From: Octopus sinensis
Lineage: Eukaryota
Direction of reading: 5' to 3'
DNA: 64,000 nt
Assembly: GCF_006345805.1 (NCBI RefSeq)
Contig: NC_043004.1
Span: 89,466,001 to 89,530,000, forward strand
In this document: piece by piece, positions 62,829 through 64,000 of the stretch
Position numbering within the stretch: position 1 is the stretch's first letter
Layout: each line of letters starts with the position of its first letter
Translations under genes and position numbers: made by a program
The notes under the pieces: generated by a model
Databases searched by the model: none
What the model was told of the DNA's origin: nothing
The model's input: the letters and a program-made list of their open reading frames with translations, nothing else

Positions 62829-64000
62829 TATTTGTGGTAAAAAGTTCTCCACAGATGAAAATTTATCTACCCACAAACATATTCACACAGAGATGAAACC
62901 ATATTGCCATGATATTTGTGGGGAGGCACTCTCTGAAGAAAATGGTTTATCTAACCACAAATGTATCCACACAGAAGAAAAACCATACCGTTGTGATATT
63001 TGTGGTAAAAAGTTCCTGAGAAATACTGGTTTGTTGAACCATATACGAATTCACACAGGAGAGAAACCATACGTCTGCAGCATTTGTGAGAAAGCATTTT
63101 CTCAACATAGTAACTTGATGAACCATAGCAGAATTCACACAGGTGAGAAACCACATCGTTGTGATATTTGTGGTAAATCATTCTCTCAAAACAGCAATCT
63201 GTTGGTTCATCGCCGTATTCACACAGGAGAAAAACCATACCACTGTGATATATGTGGTAAAGCATTTTCCCAGAATGGTAATTTATTAATCCATAGAAGT
63301 ACTCATGGAGGAGAGAAGCAATATCATTGTGATATATGTGGTAAAGGATTCTTTGTTAATTCTTCTTTAACTAGACACATACGAGTTCACACAGGTGAAA
63401 AGCCATACTGCTGTGATATCTGTGGGAAAACATTCACTGCTTCGAGTTCATTATCAATGCATAAACTTAACCATACAGGTAATAAGCCATACCACTGTGA
63501 CATTTGTGATAAAGCTTTCCTTAACAATAACACTTTGTTGAAGCACAGAAGAAGTCATACAGGTGAGAAACCATATCACTGTGATATCTGTGGCAAAGCA
63601 TTCTCTCAAAACAGCAATTTATTAACGCATACACGCATTCACACAGGTGAAAAGCCATATCATTGTGATATTTGTGACAAAACATTCTCGCAAAATATTA
63701 ATTTGATAATTCATAGGTCTGCTCACAGAGGAGAGAAACTCTATCCTTGTGATATTTGTGGTAATGCTTTCTCCAGTATTTCTTCTTTATCAACTCACAG
63801 ACGTATTCATACAGGAGAAAGACCACACTGCTGTGATATTTGCGGCAAAGCATTCACTGCTTCCAGTTCATTGTCAATGCATAAGCTTACACACACAGGT
63901 GAGAAGCCATACTACTGTGAAATCTGTGGTAAAAATTTCCCAAAAACTAGCATTTTGTTGAATCACAGACGAATTCACACAGGTGAGAAACCATACCAGT
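62821..64000 (+). CDS. Tandem C2H2 zinc-finger protein, 3'-incomplete: 2 degenerate plus 12 intact fingers with TGEKPY-type linkers
   Basis: The frame is open from 62785 to the window end. First ATG is at 62821 (MTDICGKKF...). Repeating Y-x-C-D-I-C-G-K-x-F...H-x3-H-TGEKP units. It is absent from the ORF track, presumably because it runs off the end. The true start is uncertain. Confidence 0.9.
   Translation, partial: MTDICGKKFSTDENLSTHKHIHTEMKPYCHDICGEALSEENGLSNHKCIHTEEKPYRCDICGKKFLRNTGLLNHIRIHTGEKPYVCSICEKAFSQHSNLMNHSRIHTGEKPHRCDICGKSFSQNSNLLVHRRIHTGEKPYHCDICGKAFSQNGNLLIHRSTHGGEKQYHCDICGKGFFVNSSLTRHIRVHTGEKPYCCDICGKTFTASSSLSMHKLNHTGNKPYHCDICDKAFLNNNTLLKHRRSHTGEKPYHCDICGKAFSQNSNLLTHTRIHTGEKPYHCDICDKTFSQNINLIIHRSAHRGEKLYPCDICGNAFSSISSLSTHRRIHTGERPHCCDICGKAFTASSSLSMHKLTHTGEKPYYCEICGKNFPKTSILLNHRRIHTGEKPYQ

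Overview
AT-rich, repeat-dense animal genomic DNA. The SINE repertoire, microsatellite load and tandem C2H2 gene suggest a coleoid cephalopod, probably Octopus (inference). There is no CRISPR array, rRNA or bona fide tRNA. Three host genes are visible. (1) A complete 8-exon RCHY1/Pirh2 gene (CHY-Zn, RING-H2 and C-terminal Zn-ribbon E3 ligase; 723-nt CDS, 240 aa) lies on the minus strand from 51473 to 19139. I rebuilt it by hand with all GT-AG junctions in phase, including a 30-nt microexon. (2) One 61-nt exon of a TXNDC12/AGR-family thioredoxin-like gene lies at 422-482 (minus). (3) A tandem C2H2 zinc-finger ORF runs off the right end, with a disrupted original N-terminus and an internal 5-finger (420-bp) duplication. 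The rest is decayed mobile DNA: several tRNA-derived SINE families, RTE/CR1 3' ends, a CRE-like RLE retrotransposon, a Helitron helicase fragment, piggyBac and mariner remnants, MITEs/foldbacks and two Penelope-like elements. The most notable signal is an apparently intact type I hammerhead ribozyme at 52374-52467, sense to RCHY1 and about 0.9 kb upstream of its ATG. Several palindromic elements carry degenerate hammerhead-like cores, one of them wrapped around a tRNA-like centre. Almost all ORFs in the supplied track are repeat artefacts.
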